Assembly (NCBI GenBank): GCA_944384545.1
Contig: CALWTT010000016.1
Coordinates: forward strand, 1 to 51,316
DNA: 51,316 nt
Direction of reading: 5' to 3'
Source: an uncultured Clostridia bacterium
Lineage (GTDB): Bacteria > Bacillota > Clostridia > Oscillospirales > CAG-272
The notes beneath the pieces are model-generated. The model saw only the letters and a list, made by a program, of their open reading frames with translations, had not been told where the DNA came from and searched no databases. Numbering within the stretch: position 1 is the stretch's first letter; each line of letters starts with the position of its first letter. This document shows, piece after piece, positions 34,858 to 44,501 of the stretch. The position numbers and the translations under genes are program-made.

Positions 34858-37236
34858 ATGGGAATCCTGGAAAACCGTCCCCTTGCGCGCCTTTGTCTCT
34901 TCTTTCTCGGTGGCCTTCTCACCGCTTCCCTCACGGACAGCATGGCCGGGCTCCTGCCCGGTCTGTTGGCCGTTCTTTTTCTGTCCGGGATCGGTTTTGC
35001 CCGTCTCTTCCGCCGATGTCGCCGGCCTTCTGGCGCCTTCTTCACCACACGGTCATCTCCATCCATGAACACCCGGAACTCGCGCACCATTGTGCTGACC
35101 GCTATCGCTCTGCTTGCCGGCCAGTTGTTCGGCGCTTTCCAGGCCGCTTATTTTCACAGCATGGAGGATTTTGCAGGGCAGGAGGTGACCGTCGTTGCCG
35201 AAGTCCGTGAGATCCGTTATGAGAGCGACTACGGAGCGGGGCTCCGTGCTGAACTTCTCTCACTGAATGGAATTCCCTGCTCCGGACTGGTGGAATGGGA
35301 TGCCAATGCGCGGGCGCAGGTCGGCGATTGTCTCACTTTGCGCGCAACGATCCTGCCGATCCGCAGTACACGCTCCCTGTCCGAGGCCATTTGGTTCCAG
35401 GCAGACGGAGTCTGTGCAGAGCTTGTAGATGCCGGTGATTTTACGCTGCTTTCCCATAGGGAGCATTGGTCCGACCGCGTACAGGCGTTTCTCTCCGGGC
35501 TCCGCGGGAACCTGTCCGCGCGGCTGCGCTCCTCTGTTACCGGGGAGGCGGGCTCCCTCATGAGTGCCATGCTGCTGGGAGAACGTGACCTTCTGTCTCC
35601 CGAGACCCGGCGCGATTTCCGCCGTGTCGGTCTTTCGCATATCCTGGCGCTCAGCGGTCTGCATCTGAGCATCCTCATTGGTGCGCTCCATGCCCTCCTG
35701 TGCAGAACACGTCTGCGCCGGAGGTCGGTTCTGCTCTCCGAAATCGCACTGCTCCTTTTCTATATGGCGCTGACCGGGTTTCCTCTTTCGGTCGTCCGGG
35801 CAGGTATTATGACCATACTTGCCCTCTCCTCCTTCTTCTTCGCACGCGAGGCCGACGGAATCACTTCCCTGCTCTTTGCTGCCGTACTGATCTGCATGGT
35901 CTCTCCTTTTGCGGTATACGATTGCGGGCTTTGGCTTTCGGTTACCGCCACATTCGGTATTCTGCTGGCGGCAGAACTCTTTCCGGCCGCTTCCTCCGCT
36001 GTGGAAAATCCCGGCATTGTGTCCAGAATTTTCCGGTATCTCCGCCTTGCATCCCGCACAACCCTCAGCGCCTTATGCGCCACGCTTCCGTTGATGGCGC
36101 TTCTGTTCGGCGAGCTCTCCCTGCTTTCTCTCCCCGCCAATCTTCTGCTCGGGCCACTCCTCAGCCTCTACCTCCTTCTGGCACTGCCCATGCTTCTGCT
36201 CGCCTCGGTTCCTTTCCTCGGTTGGCCCGTGACGATGTTTGGCAATTTTCTGCTCTCCGCTGTACACTATGCAGCTTCTTTCCCCCACGTGTTGCTCCCA
36301 ATCGGCCGGCCCGGTGTCGCGCTGATTCTTTCGCTCACCGCTCTGTTGCTTCTCTTTCTGCTTTGCACCCGGATGTCCAGGAACAAAATCCTCCGGATCG
36401 GTGTTGCCGGGCTCACCGCAGCAGCGCTCTGCCTTTCGGTTTCTGCTGTGCTCGAACGCGCCAGCGATCTTGTCTTTTTCCGCTCCGACGGAAAAAATGA
36501 CGCCCTTCTTTTCCTTTCGGATGGGCAAAGTCTCCTCTGCGATCTCAGCAATGCGTCTTATGCCGGCGCTTCCCTCAGCTTTTCTCTTTCGGAAGAAGCG
36601 GGACTGACCGAAGTCGACAGCTACATGATCACACATTACCACACTGCACATATCTCTACCACAAGAAAGATGCTGGCACGTTATACCGTGCGTGCACTCT
36701 GGCTTCCCACGCCGGAGAGCGAAGCGGAAGAGCAGATCTACCGCTCGCTTTGCGCTCTGGCAGAAGAGAACGGCATCTCCTGTCATCGCTATGATCCGTA
36801 CGCAACCGTGGCGGTTGGGCGGCTTACCCTCACCGTTCACGGAAAGGGGCATCTCTCCTCCTCTACGCATCCGACCGTCGCCCTGACGGCAGACGGCCCG
36901 CAAGGACGCCTCACCTATCTTGGAGCGGCCTCGCACGAATCCGACACAAAAGAGACCGCCGCTTCGGCCGTTGCCACCAGCGATTTTCTGATTCTGGGAA
37001 CACACGGACCCTCTGAGCACACGCCCATTGCTTATCCGCGGTACAGCAAAAATCTTTGCCTTGCAGTGGTGCCGGATGCTGCCGGACGCCTGGATCCCAC
37101 ACTGTACCGTTTCCTTTCGGATGCGGTTCCGATATATGAAGAAACCACCGAAGTTCTTCGTATTACATTGCGCCAAACCGGATTCCGTCTTCCGGTGCAT
37201 GCCCTTTCCTGTACAGTCCCGCGCATACCGGCATAG
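34858..37236 (+). CDS. comEC: DNA internalisation-related competence protein ComEC/Rec2
   Basis: 792 aa counted from MGILENRP (AAGGAGGG 7 nt upstream). Has an OB-like N-terminal region, a polytopic competence domain (GLSHILALSGLHLSIL) and a C-terminal metallo-beta-lactamase-like region with an atypical THYHTAH motif. Confidence 0.85.
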   Translation: MGILENRPLARLCLFFLGGLLTASLTDSMAGLLPGLLAVLFLSGIGFARLFRRCRRPSGAFFTTRSSPSMNTRNSRTIVLTAIALLAGQLFGAFQAAYFHSMEDFAGQEVTVVAEVREIRYESDYGAGLRAELLSLNGIPCSGLVEWDANARAQVGDCLTLRATILPIRSTRSLSEAIWFQADGVCAELVDAGDFTLLSHREHWSDRVQAFLSGLRGNLSARLRSSVTGEAGSLMSAMLLGERDLLSPETRRDFRRVGLSHILALSGLHLSILIGALHALLCRTRLRRRSVLLSEIALLLFYMALTGFPLSVVRAGIMTILALSSFFFAREADGITSLLFAAVLICMVSPFAVYDCGLWLSVTATFGILLAAELFPAASSAVENPGIVSRIFRYLRLASRTTLSALCATLPLMALLFGELSLLSLPANLLLGPLLSLYLLLALPMLLLASVPFLGWPVTMFGNFLLSAVHYAASFPHVLLPIGRPGVALILSLTALLLLFLLCTRMSRNKILRIGVAGLTAAALCLSVSAVLERASDLVFFRSDGKNDALLFLSDGQSLLCDLSNASYAGASLSFSLSEEAGLTEVDSYMITHYHTAHISTTRKMLARYTVRALWLPTPESEAEEQIYRSLCALAEENGISCHRYDPYATVAVGRLTLTVHGKGHLSSSTHPTVALTADGPQGRLTYLGAASHESDTKETAASAVATSDFLILGTHGPSEHTPIAYPRYSKNLCLAVVPDAAGRLDPTLYRFLSDAVPIYEETTEVLRITLRQTGFRLPVHALSCTVPRIPA

Positions 37237-37253
37237 CACACTGTACGGCGAAC

Positions 37254-37289
37254 AGCCCAGGGGCGGTGAAACCTCACCGCCCCTGGGCT
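37254..37289. terminator. 16-bp perfect hairpin between convergent comEC and ychF
   Basis: AGCCCAGGGGCGGTGA-AACC-TCACCGCCCCTGGGCT. The flanking U-tracts are weak. Confidence 0.6.
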
Positions 37290-37390
37290 TCTATATACTC
37301 CCCATTTCCTTGCAGAGATAGCATCGATCCCCGGAAAAAAGACGATCCCCGTATTCTCTCCTGCGGGCCGCTCTTTTCTACGGATGCCCG

Positions 37391-38485
37391 TCACACATTG
37401 AACCGGAACAGAATCACATCCCCGTCCTTGACCTCGTAATCCTTTCCTTCCGACCGAAGCAATCCCTTCTCACGGGCCGCGTTCACCGAGCCCTCCCGTA
37501 CCAGATCGTCATAGGCGACCACCTCCGCGCGGATAAAACCACGCTCAAAATCCGAATGGATCTTCCCGGCCGCCTGCGGCGCCAGTGTCCCCCGACGGAT
37601 GGTCCACGCGCGGACCTCCTTCGGTCCTGCCGTCAGATAACTGATCAATCCCAGCAGCTCGTATCCGGCGCGGATCAGCTTATCCAGTCCGCTCTCCTCA
37701 ATACCCAGCTCGGCCAGAAATTCCCGCTTTTCCTGCTCTTCCATATCCGAAAGCTCTGCCTCTACCTGTGCACAGACCGCAATAATACCCGCATGCTCTT
37801 CCGCTGCATGCGCCGCAAGGCGCGCGTATCCTTCGTTCCCCGAAAGACCGCCCGCAATATCTCCCTCATCTACATTTGCCACATAGATCACCGGCTTCAG
37901 CGTCAGAAGCCGCGTCTCCGCAATTTTCGCCTCTTCTTCCTCACTCAGCCCCAATGTACGCGCGCTCCTGCCTGCTTCCAGACACGCATACACCCGTTCC
38001 AGCACGCCGAGCTCCGCCGTCAGCGTTTTGTCGTTTCTCTCGTTTTTCCGAACACGCTCCAGACGGCGCTCCACAATTTCCAGATCTGACAAAATCAATT
38101 CGAGCTGGATGGTCTCCGCATCCCGCAGTGGGTCCACCTTCCCATCCACATGAATGATGTCATCGTTCTCAAAGCAACGCACCACATGCACGATTGCATC
38201 CACTTCCCGGATATTCGACAGAAATTTGTTGCCCAGCCCTTCTCCTTTGGATGCGCCCTTCACAAGACCCGCAATGTCCACAAACTCAATGGTCGCCGGC
38301 GTCACCTTCTCCGGATGATACATCTCGGATAGCACCGTCAGACGCCTGTCCGGCACACTCACAATCCCGATGTTCGGATCGATCGTACAAAACGGATAAT
38401 TCGCAGAGGCGGCTCCCGCGTTCGTCAATGCATTGAACAGCGTACTCTTTCCTACATTCGGCAATCCTACTATTCCCAGTTTCAT
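37391..38485 (-). CDS. ychF: Ribosome-binding ATPase YchF
   Basis: 364 aa counted from [21 protein letters not shown]. The C-terminal TGS/YchF domain ends in [11 protein letters not shown]. Confidence 0.95.
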   Translation of the reverse strand: MKLGIVGLPNVGKSTLFNALTNAGAASANYPFCTIDPNIGIVSVPDRRLTVLSEMYHPEKVTPATIEFVDIAGLVKGASKGEGLGNKFLSNIREVDAIVHVVRCFENDDIIHVDGKVDPLRDAETIQLELILSDLEIVERRLERVRKNERNDKTLTAELGVLERVYACLEAGRSARTLGLSEEEEAKIAETRLLTLKPVIYVANVDEGDIAGGLSGNEGYARLAAHAAEEHAGIIAVCAQVEAELSDMEEQEKREFLAELGIEESGLDKLIRAGYELLGLISYLTAGPKEVRAWTIRRGTLAPQAAGKIHSDFERGFIRAEVVAYDDLVREGSVNAAREKGLLRSEGKDYEVKDGDVILFRFNV

Positions 38486-38563
38486 CTGTCTCTCCCCATC
38501 CGGTTTCCCCAGCGGCAACGCGCATCCCGCCGCTGTGCTTTCTCATTTTTTCTGCGCTTATTC

Positions 38564-38592
38564 ATTATAGTACATTTCACTCTGAATAGCAA
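38564..38592 (-). promoter_or_regulatory. Sigma-A-type promoter for ychF
   Basis: On the minus strand: TTGCTA (38592..38587), 17-nt spacer, TATAAT (38569..38564). Confidence 0.6.
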
Positions 38593-38670
38593 GTCCTTCC
38601 CTGCCTTTCCATGATGCTTTTGTGTCGGATTCGTGATTTTTTCAGTTTGTCGTTCCCGTTCATAATTTAT

Positions 38671-38700
38671 TCAACATTTCAGGCAAAGATTTGATATAAT
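38671..38700 (+). promoter_or_regulatory. Extended -10 promoter for the orphan response regulator
   Basis: TGATATAAT (38692..38700) with a weak -35 TCAACA at 18-nt spacing. Confidence 0.5.
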
Positions 38701-38748
38701 GATTAAAAATAATCCATTGGGGCGCGCTGCGCCGGAAAGGACGGTTGT

Positions 38749-39438
38749 ATGGATACCAAGCTGCTCATTATTGACGACGACCCCAATATTTGCGAAATGC
38801 TGCGCCTTTATCTTGAGAACGAAGGATATAAGGTCAAAACCGCCAATGATGGCAATGAAGGTCTGAGTTATTTCAAAATATATGAACCCGATCTCGTTCT
38901 GCTGGATATCATGATGCCCAAAAAAGACGGTTGGCAGGTCTGTCGGGAAATCCGGGAAATTTCCCCGAAGCCCGTGATCATGATCACTGCCAAAGGCGAG
39001 GTTTTCGACAAGGTGCTCGGCCTCGAACTCGGCGCTGACGATTTCATCGTCAAGCCCTTCGACATGAAAGAGCTCTTCGCACGCATCAAGGCGGTCCTTC
39101 GCCGGTACAATTCCAGTAGCAGTTCTGCCGACAACGAAGTCATCAAGTTCGATAATATGGAAATCAGCCTTCAGAAATATGAGCTCAAACTGCGTGGCAA
39201 GCCCATCGATGTTCCCCCAAAAGAGCTCGAACTGCTCTATTTCCTTGCCTCCAACTGCAACCGCGTCTTTACCAGAAATCAGCTTCTGGACAAGGTCTGG
39301 GGCTTTGATTATCTCGGAGACTCCCGCACCGTCGATGTACACGTCAAGCGCCTGCGCGAAAAGCTCGAAGGCGTCTCGGACAAATGGATGCTCAAAACGG
39401 TCTGGGGCGTCGGATACAAGTTTGAGGTCACCCAATAA
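38749..39438 (+). CDS. OmpR/PhoB-family response regulator (no adjacent histidine kinase)
   Basis: 229 aa. The receiver domain has LIIDDD, the phospho-acceptor context LVLLDIMMP, MITAKG and VKPF. The C-terminus is a winged helix (RTVDVHVKRLREKL...VWGVGYKF). Confidence 0.9.
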   Translation: MDTKLLIIDDDPNICEMLRLYLENEGYKVKTANDGNEGLSYFKIYEPDLVLLDIMMPKKDGWQVCREIREISPKPVIMITAKGEVFDKVLGLELGADDFIVKPFDMKELFARIKAVLRRYNSSSSSADNEVIKFDNMEISLQKYELKLRGKPIDVPPKELELLYFLASNCNRVFTRNQLLDKVWGFDYLGDSRTVDVHVKRLREKLEGVSDKWMLKTVWGVGYKFEVTQ

Positions 39439-39506
39439 TCCGGTCGGATTTCCTATCCATCCGGTCGTTCACCGCCTGCCCGGTTTTCTACGGCAGGATA
39501 TTCCCG

Positions 39507-39534
39507 AAAAAGCCGCCTTCCGGCGGCTTTTTTC
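39507..39534. terminator. Bidirectional intrinsic terminator after the response regulator
   Basis: AAAA-AGCCGCC-TTCC-GGCGGCT-TTTTTT. Confidence 0.85.
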
Positions 39535-39607
39535 TGTCGGCATGTCCCCTTTTGGCGGAGCAGCAGACCGCATATTCCGTTTTCCCGAAGACGGCAAAGC
39601 ACAACAG

Positions 39608-39640
39608 CAAGGGCAGGAATCCACCGGATTCCTGCCCTTG
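39608..39640. terminator. 15-bp perfect hairpin downstream of the LRR gene
   Basis: CAAGGGCAGGAATCC-ACC-GGATTCCTGCCCTTG, followed by CCTTTTCTGC on the plus strand and CTGTTGTGCTTTGCC on the minus strand. Confidence 0.6.
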
Positions 39641-39677
39641 CCTTTTCTGCACGCTTTCGCGCACAGCCCCATTCCTG

Positions 39678-42539
39678 TCAGTGATCTTCTTTGTTGTACT
39701 TGTAGCCGTAAGTGACATTTGCGTAGTTCAGCGCCGTATTCGTATCGTCGATGTTGTTTGTCAATTCGGTCCACTGGTTACGCGTGCCCGTAAAGTAAAC
39801 ATCCATCAGTGCTGTACAGTTCTGGAAGGCATTTTCTCCGATGCTCTGCACGCCAAGACCCAGAATCAACACTGCCAGCTTGCTACACCGTCCGAAGCAC
39901 TGCTCCGGAATGTCCGCCACCGTGCCAGGAACGTAGATTTCGGTCAGCGATGTGCAACTGTAGAAGGCGCGCCGGTTCAGCGTAGTCAATCCGCTCGACA
40001 TATTCACATAGGTGAGATTGTAGCAGGTATCAAACGCACTCACGCCGATATAAGTCAGCGTATCCGGCATACGCACCTCGTGCACTTCCGTCGAACGGAA
40101 TGCCTCATCCACAATCCCCGTTGTCCCTTCACGCAGTGTAACATCGTATACATTTTCCATCGGCGTCTCGCCTGCCTCTTCCGCCGCTGCGATCTCCGCC
40201 ACCAACTCATCGTAGGTGAGCGTGTGCGGAACAAAGGTATACACCAGATTGCCCGCATAAACGACACCCGGTGTCTTTCTCGCTTCGGTATACCAGGCCG
40301 TTCCGTTCAGGGCTCCGCCCGCGATATAGGTAACGCTGTCCGGTATGCCGATCTCCAGCAGATTGGTACAGCCCGAAAACGCGTTTTCACGGATCGAGGT
40401 GCAACTGTCCAGCAGTGTCAGCTCTGTCAGCGTCTTAGGAACGTACGAACCCGCCAAGGTCGTGGACGGGGCGCCAAAGATATATCCGAGGAAGGGATTC
40501 GATTCATCCTCCGCCGCGCTTCCTCCCAGGAAAGGAAGCGTCATGCTGTTCACCTGACAGTTGCGGAAGGCGCTCGCACCGATGTTGGTTACCGTCGCAG
40601 GCACTACCACTTCCGTGATGCTGCAATCCTCAAAGGCGCCCGAGGCAATGCCCGTCGTACCCTCCGATATGGTAACCGTACCGGAGCCCGAACTGCCCTT
40701 GAACCGATAAAGAACCGATCCGGTGTATACGATACCGTCCGGCTGCCCTGTATACCAGGCTGTGTCTGCAAATGCCTGATATCCTACTGCATTCAGTGAA
40801 TCCGGGAAGTTGATGGTTGCCATGGATGTCGCGCCCGCAAATGCATAGTCGCCGATGCTCTCTATGGTATCCGGAAGCGTTATGCCCGTAATCCCGTCAC
40901 AGTTGCGGAACTGCTCCGCTTCGATCGCATGGATGTTCAGCAGCACAAGGTTGCCTGTAATCGCACCGGGCACTGCTATCAGGTCATCGCCCGCGGCATT
41001 GTATACCAGACCGCTGTCGTTCCTATACGAAGCATTCCCGGCGGCTACGGTGATGCTTTCCAATTGGAGGCATCCGCTGAAAGCCGTTTTGGCTATGGAA
41101 TTCACACTGTCACCGATCACTACCGATGTCAGATCCTCGCATCCGTAGAACGCGCGGTCCCCTATTCCTACCGTACAGCCGTCGCGCAACGTCACGCTGT
41201 GCAGTGTCTGCGGCACATAGTCCGCATTCTCTTCTGCCGACGATGCGCCGAAAATGTAACCGAAGAAGTTGCTGCTCGATCCCGCATCTGCACTGCTGCC
41301 GATGAAGGACAACTCCAGCGTGCTCAGCTGGCTGTCACGGAAAGCACCCTGACCTATGTTCGTCACACCTTCCGGTATGGTGATCGAGGTGATCCCATGT
41401 CCTTCAAACGCGCCGCCTGCAATCGCCACCGTGTCCGCCCGCAGCGTAATATCCGTATCCGTCATCTCGCCCTTGTAGGTGTACAGGACTCGCCCCACAT
41501 ATACAAGGCCGTCCGGTTGCTCGTTATAGAAAGTCGTATTGGTGAAGGCATCCCGCCCGATCGATACAATTGAATCCGGAAGCACAATGGACGAAAGACT
41601 CGTACAGTTGTTGAAGGCGCCCTGGCCGATCGCCGTACAGCCGTCCGCAATTTTCACCATGTTCAGCGTTTCCGGTACAAAATCTCCGTTCTGGGCATAA
41701 TCCGTCGCACCGAACAGATATCCAAGATACCCGTTGGATCCGTTCATGGATGCTCCTACGAACGGAAGTAACAGTTCCTCTATCGGGCAGCCGGCATATG
41801 CACCGATTCCCATGGCGGTCACCGTACCCGGAACCTCGGACACCGTCAGCCCGCAATGGGCAAACGCATAATTCCCGATGCTATCCAGCCCCGCTCCGAA
41901 TTGCACCACCGTCAGATTCTCACAGGAATCAAAGGCAAAAGCGCCTATGGATGTACAGGCATCGCTCAGCACGACCGTTGTCAGGCTCTCCGGAACATAC
42001 AGCCGGTTCTCCGAGAAGGATACCGCACCGAACAGGTGGCCGATATAGGTCTGACTGCCCGCAGATCCGCCTACAAACGGCAGGGTGATTTTTGTCAGCG
42101 CATCACACCCCGAAAAAGCCCCAAGACCGATGCTGCGTACCGTATCCGGAATCACGATTTCGGTCACCTGCTTGCAACCTGCAAAGGCGCCCTCCGCTAT
42201 TTCCGTTACTGTATATACGGTTCCCCCGACTTCCATTTCGCTCGGGATCGTCAGTACACCGCTGTATGTACCTGTATGTCCGGTGATCACGCACTCGTCG
42301 CTGCCGGGGAGCCGCTCCGCCGTCATGGCACCGGGACCCGGAGTTTCGGTTTCATCGTCATCCGGCTGCTGCCCACTTCCCCCGCTTCCTGTCGTTGTCG
42401 TGATCGGCGGCTGTGTACCCGTCTGCCCCGGTCCCGTCGTTCCTGTCGGGGGCGGCGTCTCTCCTCCACCGCAGGCATACATGGTCATCGCGATTACCAG
42501 TACCAATATGGCAATCAGCACGATTTTGCTGAACTTCAT
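39678..42539 (-). CDS. Large cell-surface protein of BspA-type leucine-rich repeats, lipoprotein-like signal peptide
   Basis: 953 aa counted from MKFSKIVLIAILVLVIAMTMYACGGG (AAGGAGGAAAC upstream). A Thr/Pro/Gly linker is followed by many repeats of the pattern AFxxCxxLTxIxIPDSVxxIGxxAF (LRR_5-like). Confidence 0.8.
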   Translation of the reverse strand: MKFSKIVLIAILVLVIAMTMYACGGGETPPPTGTTGPGQTGTQPPITTTTGSGGSGQQPDDDETETPGPGAMTAERLPGSDECVITGHTGTYSGVLTIPSEMEVGGTVYTVTEIAEGAFAGCKQVTEIVIPDTVRSIGLGAFSGCDALTKITLPFVGGSAGSQTYIGHLFGAVSFSENRLYVPESLTTVVLSDACTSIGAFAFDSCENLTVVQFGAGLDSIGNYAFAHCGLTVSEVPGTVTAMGIGAYAGCPIEELLLPFVGASMNGSNGYLGYLFGATDYAQNGDFVPETLNMVKIADGCTAIGQGAFNNCTSLSSIVLPDSIVSIGRDAFTNTTFYNEQPDGLVYVGRVLYTYKGEMTDTDITLRADTVAIAGGAFEGHGITSITIPEGVTNIGQGAFRDSQLSTLELSFIGSSADAGSSSNFFGYIFGASSAEENADYVPQTLHSVTLRDGCTVGIGDRAFYGCEDLTSVVIGDSVNSIAKTAFSGCLQLESITVAAGNASYRNDSGLVYNAAGDDLIAVPGAITGNLVLLNIHAIEAEQFRNCDGITGITLPDTIESIGDYAFAGATSMATINFPDSLNAVGYQAFADTAWYTGQPDGIVYTGSVLYRFKGSSGSGTVTISEGTTGIASGAFEDCSITEVVVPATVTNIGASAFRNCQVNSMTLPFLGGSAAEDESNPFLGYIFGAPSTTLAGSYVPKTLTELTLLDSCTSIRENAFSGCTNLLEIGIPDSVTYIAGGALNGTAWYTEARKTPGVVYAGNLVYTFVPHTLTYDELVAEIAAAEEAGETPMENVYDVTLREGTTGIVDEAFRSTEVHEVRMPDTLTYIGVSAFDTCYNLTYVNMSSGLTTLNRRAFYSCTSLTEIYVPGTVADIPEQCFGRCSKLAVLILGLGVQSIGENAFQNCTALMDVYFTGTRNQWTELTNNIDDTNTALNYANVTYGYKYNKEDH

Positions 42540-42599
42540 AGTTTCCTCCTTACACGTGCAGGAACTCCCGCGCCTCCGGCGCGTAAATGTACACACTAT

Positions 42600-42628
42600 A
42601 TTTTACAACACACTCCCTTCTTTGTCAA
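42600..42628 (-). promoter_or_regulatory. Sigma-A-type promoter for the LRR surface protein
   Basis: On the minus strand: TTGACA (42628..42623), 17-nt spacer, TAAAAT (42605..42600). Confidence 0.6.
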
Positions 42629-42697
42629 GAGACATTTGGGCAGGATGCCCTCCGAATTTGTAAACACTTTCACACGCCGCCCCGGTCACACGCAACA

Positions 42698-42728
42698 CAA
42701 AAAAAGCGGGACACTTTACGCTCCCGCT
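42698..42728 (-). terminator. prs intrinsic terminator
   Basis: On the minus strand AGCGGGA-(10-nt loop)-TCCCGCT is followed by TTTTTTTGTG. It begins 10 nt after the prs stop. Confidence 0.8.
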
Positions 42729-42737
42729 TTTTCCCTT

Positions 42738-43856
42738 TTATACCATCTCTTTTTTATGTTTGCTCACCAGCGCATGAATCCGCTTGGACTGATCCAACAG
42801 ACCGCTGATCGTCTGATCGTGGTTCAGCGTATCGATGATATACGCCACATATTTGCACATGTTCACGCTCGCATACCATGGCCGGGCCAAAAGCTCCGGC
42901 ATCTGATAAATCAGGTTTGTCGTGAAAATCCGCGTAAACAAACCGTTTTCATATGCCTCATCCATTTTGGAAAGGCCGTTGCAGAAAAGGCCGAAGGTCG
43001 AAAATACGAAGATCCGCGCTGCGCCTTTCTCTTTCAACTGCAATGCCACATCGATCACAGATTCTCCCGACGAAATCATGTCATCCACAATGATGACATC
43101 CTTCCCCTTCAGATCCCGTCCCAGATATTCATGTGCTTCTATCGGATTCTTTCCGTTCACAATCACCGAGTAGTTCCGGCGCTTGTAGAACATGCCCAGC
43201 TCAATACCCAGCATAGATGAGTAGTACATGCACTTCCCCATCCCGCCTTCGTCCGGCGAGATGATCATGATTTTCTCCGGATCAAAATCCACATCCGGAT
43301 ATTCCCGCAGCAGAGCCTTGATCATCTGATAACTCGACCGTACATTGTCAAAGCCGGACAGCGGAACCGCATTCTGCACCCGCGGATCGTGCGCGTCGAA
43401 TGTGATAATGTTCGATACGCCCATCGCTACCAACTCCTGCAATGCCACGGCGCAGTCCAGAGATTCCCGCCCCGAACGCTTATGCTGCCGCCCTTCGTAC
43501 AGCATCGGCATCACCACCGAGATCCGACGCGCCTTTCCCTCCGCTGCCTGGATGATCCGTTTCAGATCCTGATAATGATCGTCCGGACTCATCGGCACTT
43601 CCTTCCCATACATCGTATAGGTGACTCCGTGATTGAACACATCCGAAATGATGTACAGGTCGTTGCCGCGCACCGACTGATGAATCATCCCCTTTGCTTC
43701 CCCGCTTCCGAAGCGCGGGCACTCCGCATGCAATACATAGCTTGCGTCTCCGTCATGCCGTCTCCAATCGCACAGGTAGGAATTCACCTCATCCACAAAG
43801 CCTTCGCAGCCCTTCATGCCGATGATACTCAATTCTCCGAACAATGATTCTTTCAT
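42738..43856 (-). CDS. prs: Ribose-phosphate diphosphokinase family protein (long, divergent form)
   Basis: 372 aa. Prs-like motifs: RFGSGEAK, MPMLYEGRQHKR, DAHDPRVQN, SPDEGGMGK and the PRPP loop VIIVDDMISSGESV. Confidence 0.8.
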   Translation of the reverse strand: MKESLFGELSIIGMKGCEGFVDEVNSYLCDWRRHDGDASYVLHAECPRFGSGEAKGMIHQSVRGNDLYIISDVFNHGVTYTMYGKEVPMSPDDHYQDLKRIIQAAEGKARRISVVMPMLYEGRQHKRSGRESLDCAVALQELVAMGVSNIITFDAHDPRVQNAVPLSGFDNVRSSYQMIKALLREYPDVDFDPEKIMIISPDEGGMGKCMYYSSMLGIELGMFYKRRNYSVIVNGKNPIEAHEYLGRDLKGKDVIIVDDMISSGESVIDVALQLKEKGAARIFVFSTFGLFCNGLSKMDEAYENGLFTRIFTTNLIYQMPELLARPWYASVNMCKYVAYIIDTLNHDQTISGLLDQSKRIHALVSKHKKEMV

Positions 43857-43936
43857 ATCGTCGCTCTCCTTCCGCCCGGTTCCTTCTTCCCCAGGCGTTT
43901 CTTACGGCCACGCAGGCCCTTCCGCATATCATACAA

Positions 43937-43966
43937 ATTATACCACCCGTATCCATGCAAAGTCAA
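43937..43966 (-). promoter_or_regulatory. Sigma-A-type promoter for prs
   Basis: On the minus strand: TTGACT (43966..43961), 18-nt spacer, TATAAT (43942..43937), preceded by TGG. Confidence 0.55.
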
Positions 43967-44072
43967 GCGCACTTCTCATAAACCGTCAGAAAATTGCAAA
44001 AATCGGCGACTATCACAAATTGTATTCTTTCTCATATTATGTAATGAGCGTTTTGGACGAAAGGAGTTTTTT

Positions 44073-44501
44073 ATGCAAAACAGCCAAATTCCTGAGGGAA
44101 ACTACGGCAGCCTCGTCGTTTCCGTGCGCACCGCCGGCAACGCGCTCCCTGTGGAAGGCGCCACCGTCACCGTCAGCAATGCCACTCCCGACGAACCCGC
44201 CTTCTTACGTACCATGCAGACCGATATCAGCGGTCTTACTCCGCTTCTTCCGCTGTCCGCCATGCCGAAAAGTGACTCACTCGTGCCTGGTATCGGTCAT
44301 CCTTTTACCGTCTATAATATCCGCGTCGTCAAAGACGGTTACTACGTTCACGAAAATCGCAATGTTCCCATTTTCGCCGGTATTACCTCCCTTCAGCCCG
44401 TAGAACTCATACCTCTTGCTCCCTATAACGCAGAAACCACACGCCCGGAGGGAAATCTCTACTTCTCCTCCGAACAGTCCCTTGACACGGAGGAAAACTG
44501 A
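44073..44501 (+). CDS. Carboxypeptidase-regulatory-like (beta-sandwich) domain protein
   Basis: 142 aa with AAAGGAG upstream. Pattern: GSLVVSVRTAGNALPVEGATVTVSN...TDISGLT...YNIRVVKDGY. Its stop overlaps the next ATG (TGATG). Confidence 0.6.
   Translation: MQNSQIPEGNYGSLVVSVRTAGNALPVEGATVTVSNATPDEPAFLRTMQTDISGLTPLLPLSAMPKSDSLVPGIGHPFTVYNIRVVKDGYYVHENRNVPIFAGITSLQPVELIPLAPYNAETTRPEGNLYFSSEQSLDTEEN

Noticed and set aside
44034-44044. ATATTATGTAA, identical to the central/XerD-arm portion of the Firmicute dif consensus. It was noted because a Xer-like recombinase is in the window.
   Set aside because: The 14 nt to its left do not resemble the XerC arm (2 of 14 matches to the B. subtilis dif left half). 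The surrounding genes are origin-proximal types, whereas dif sits at the terminus. It is more likely part of an AT-rich promoter.
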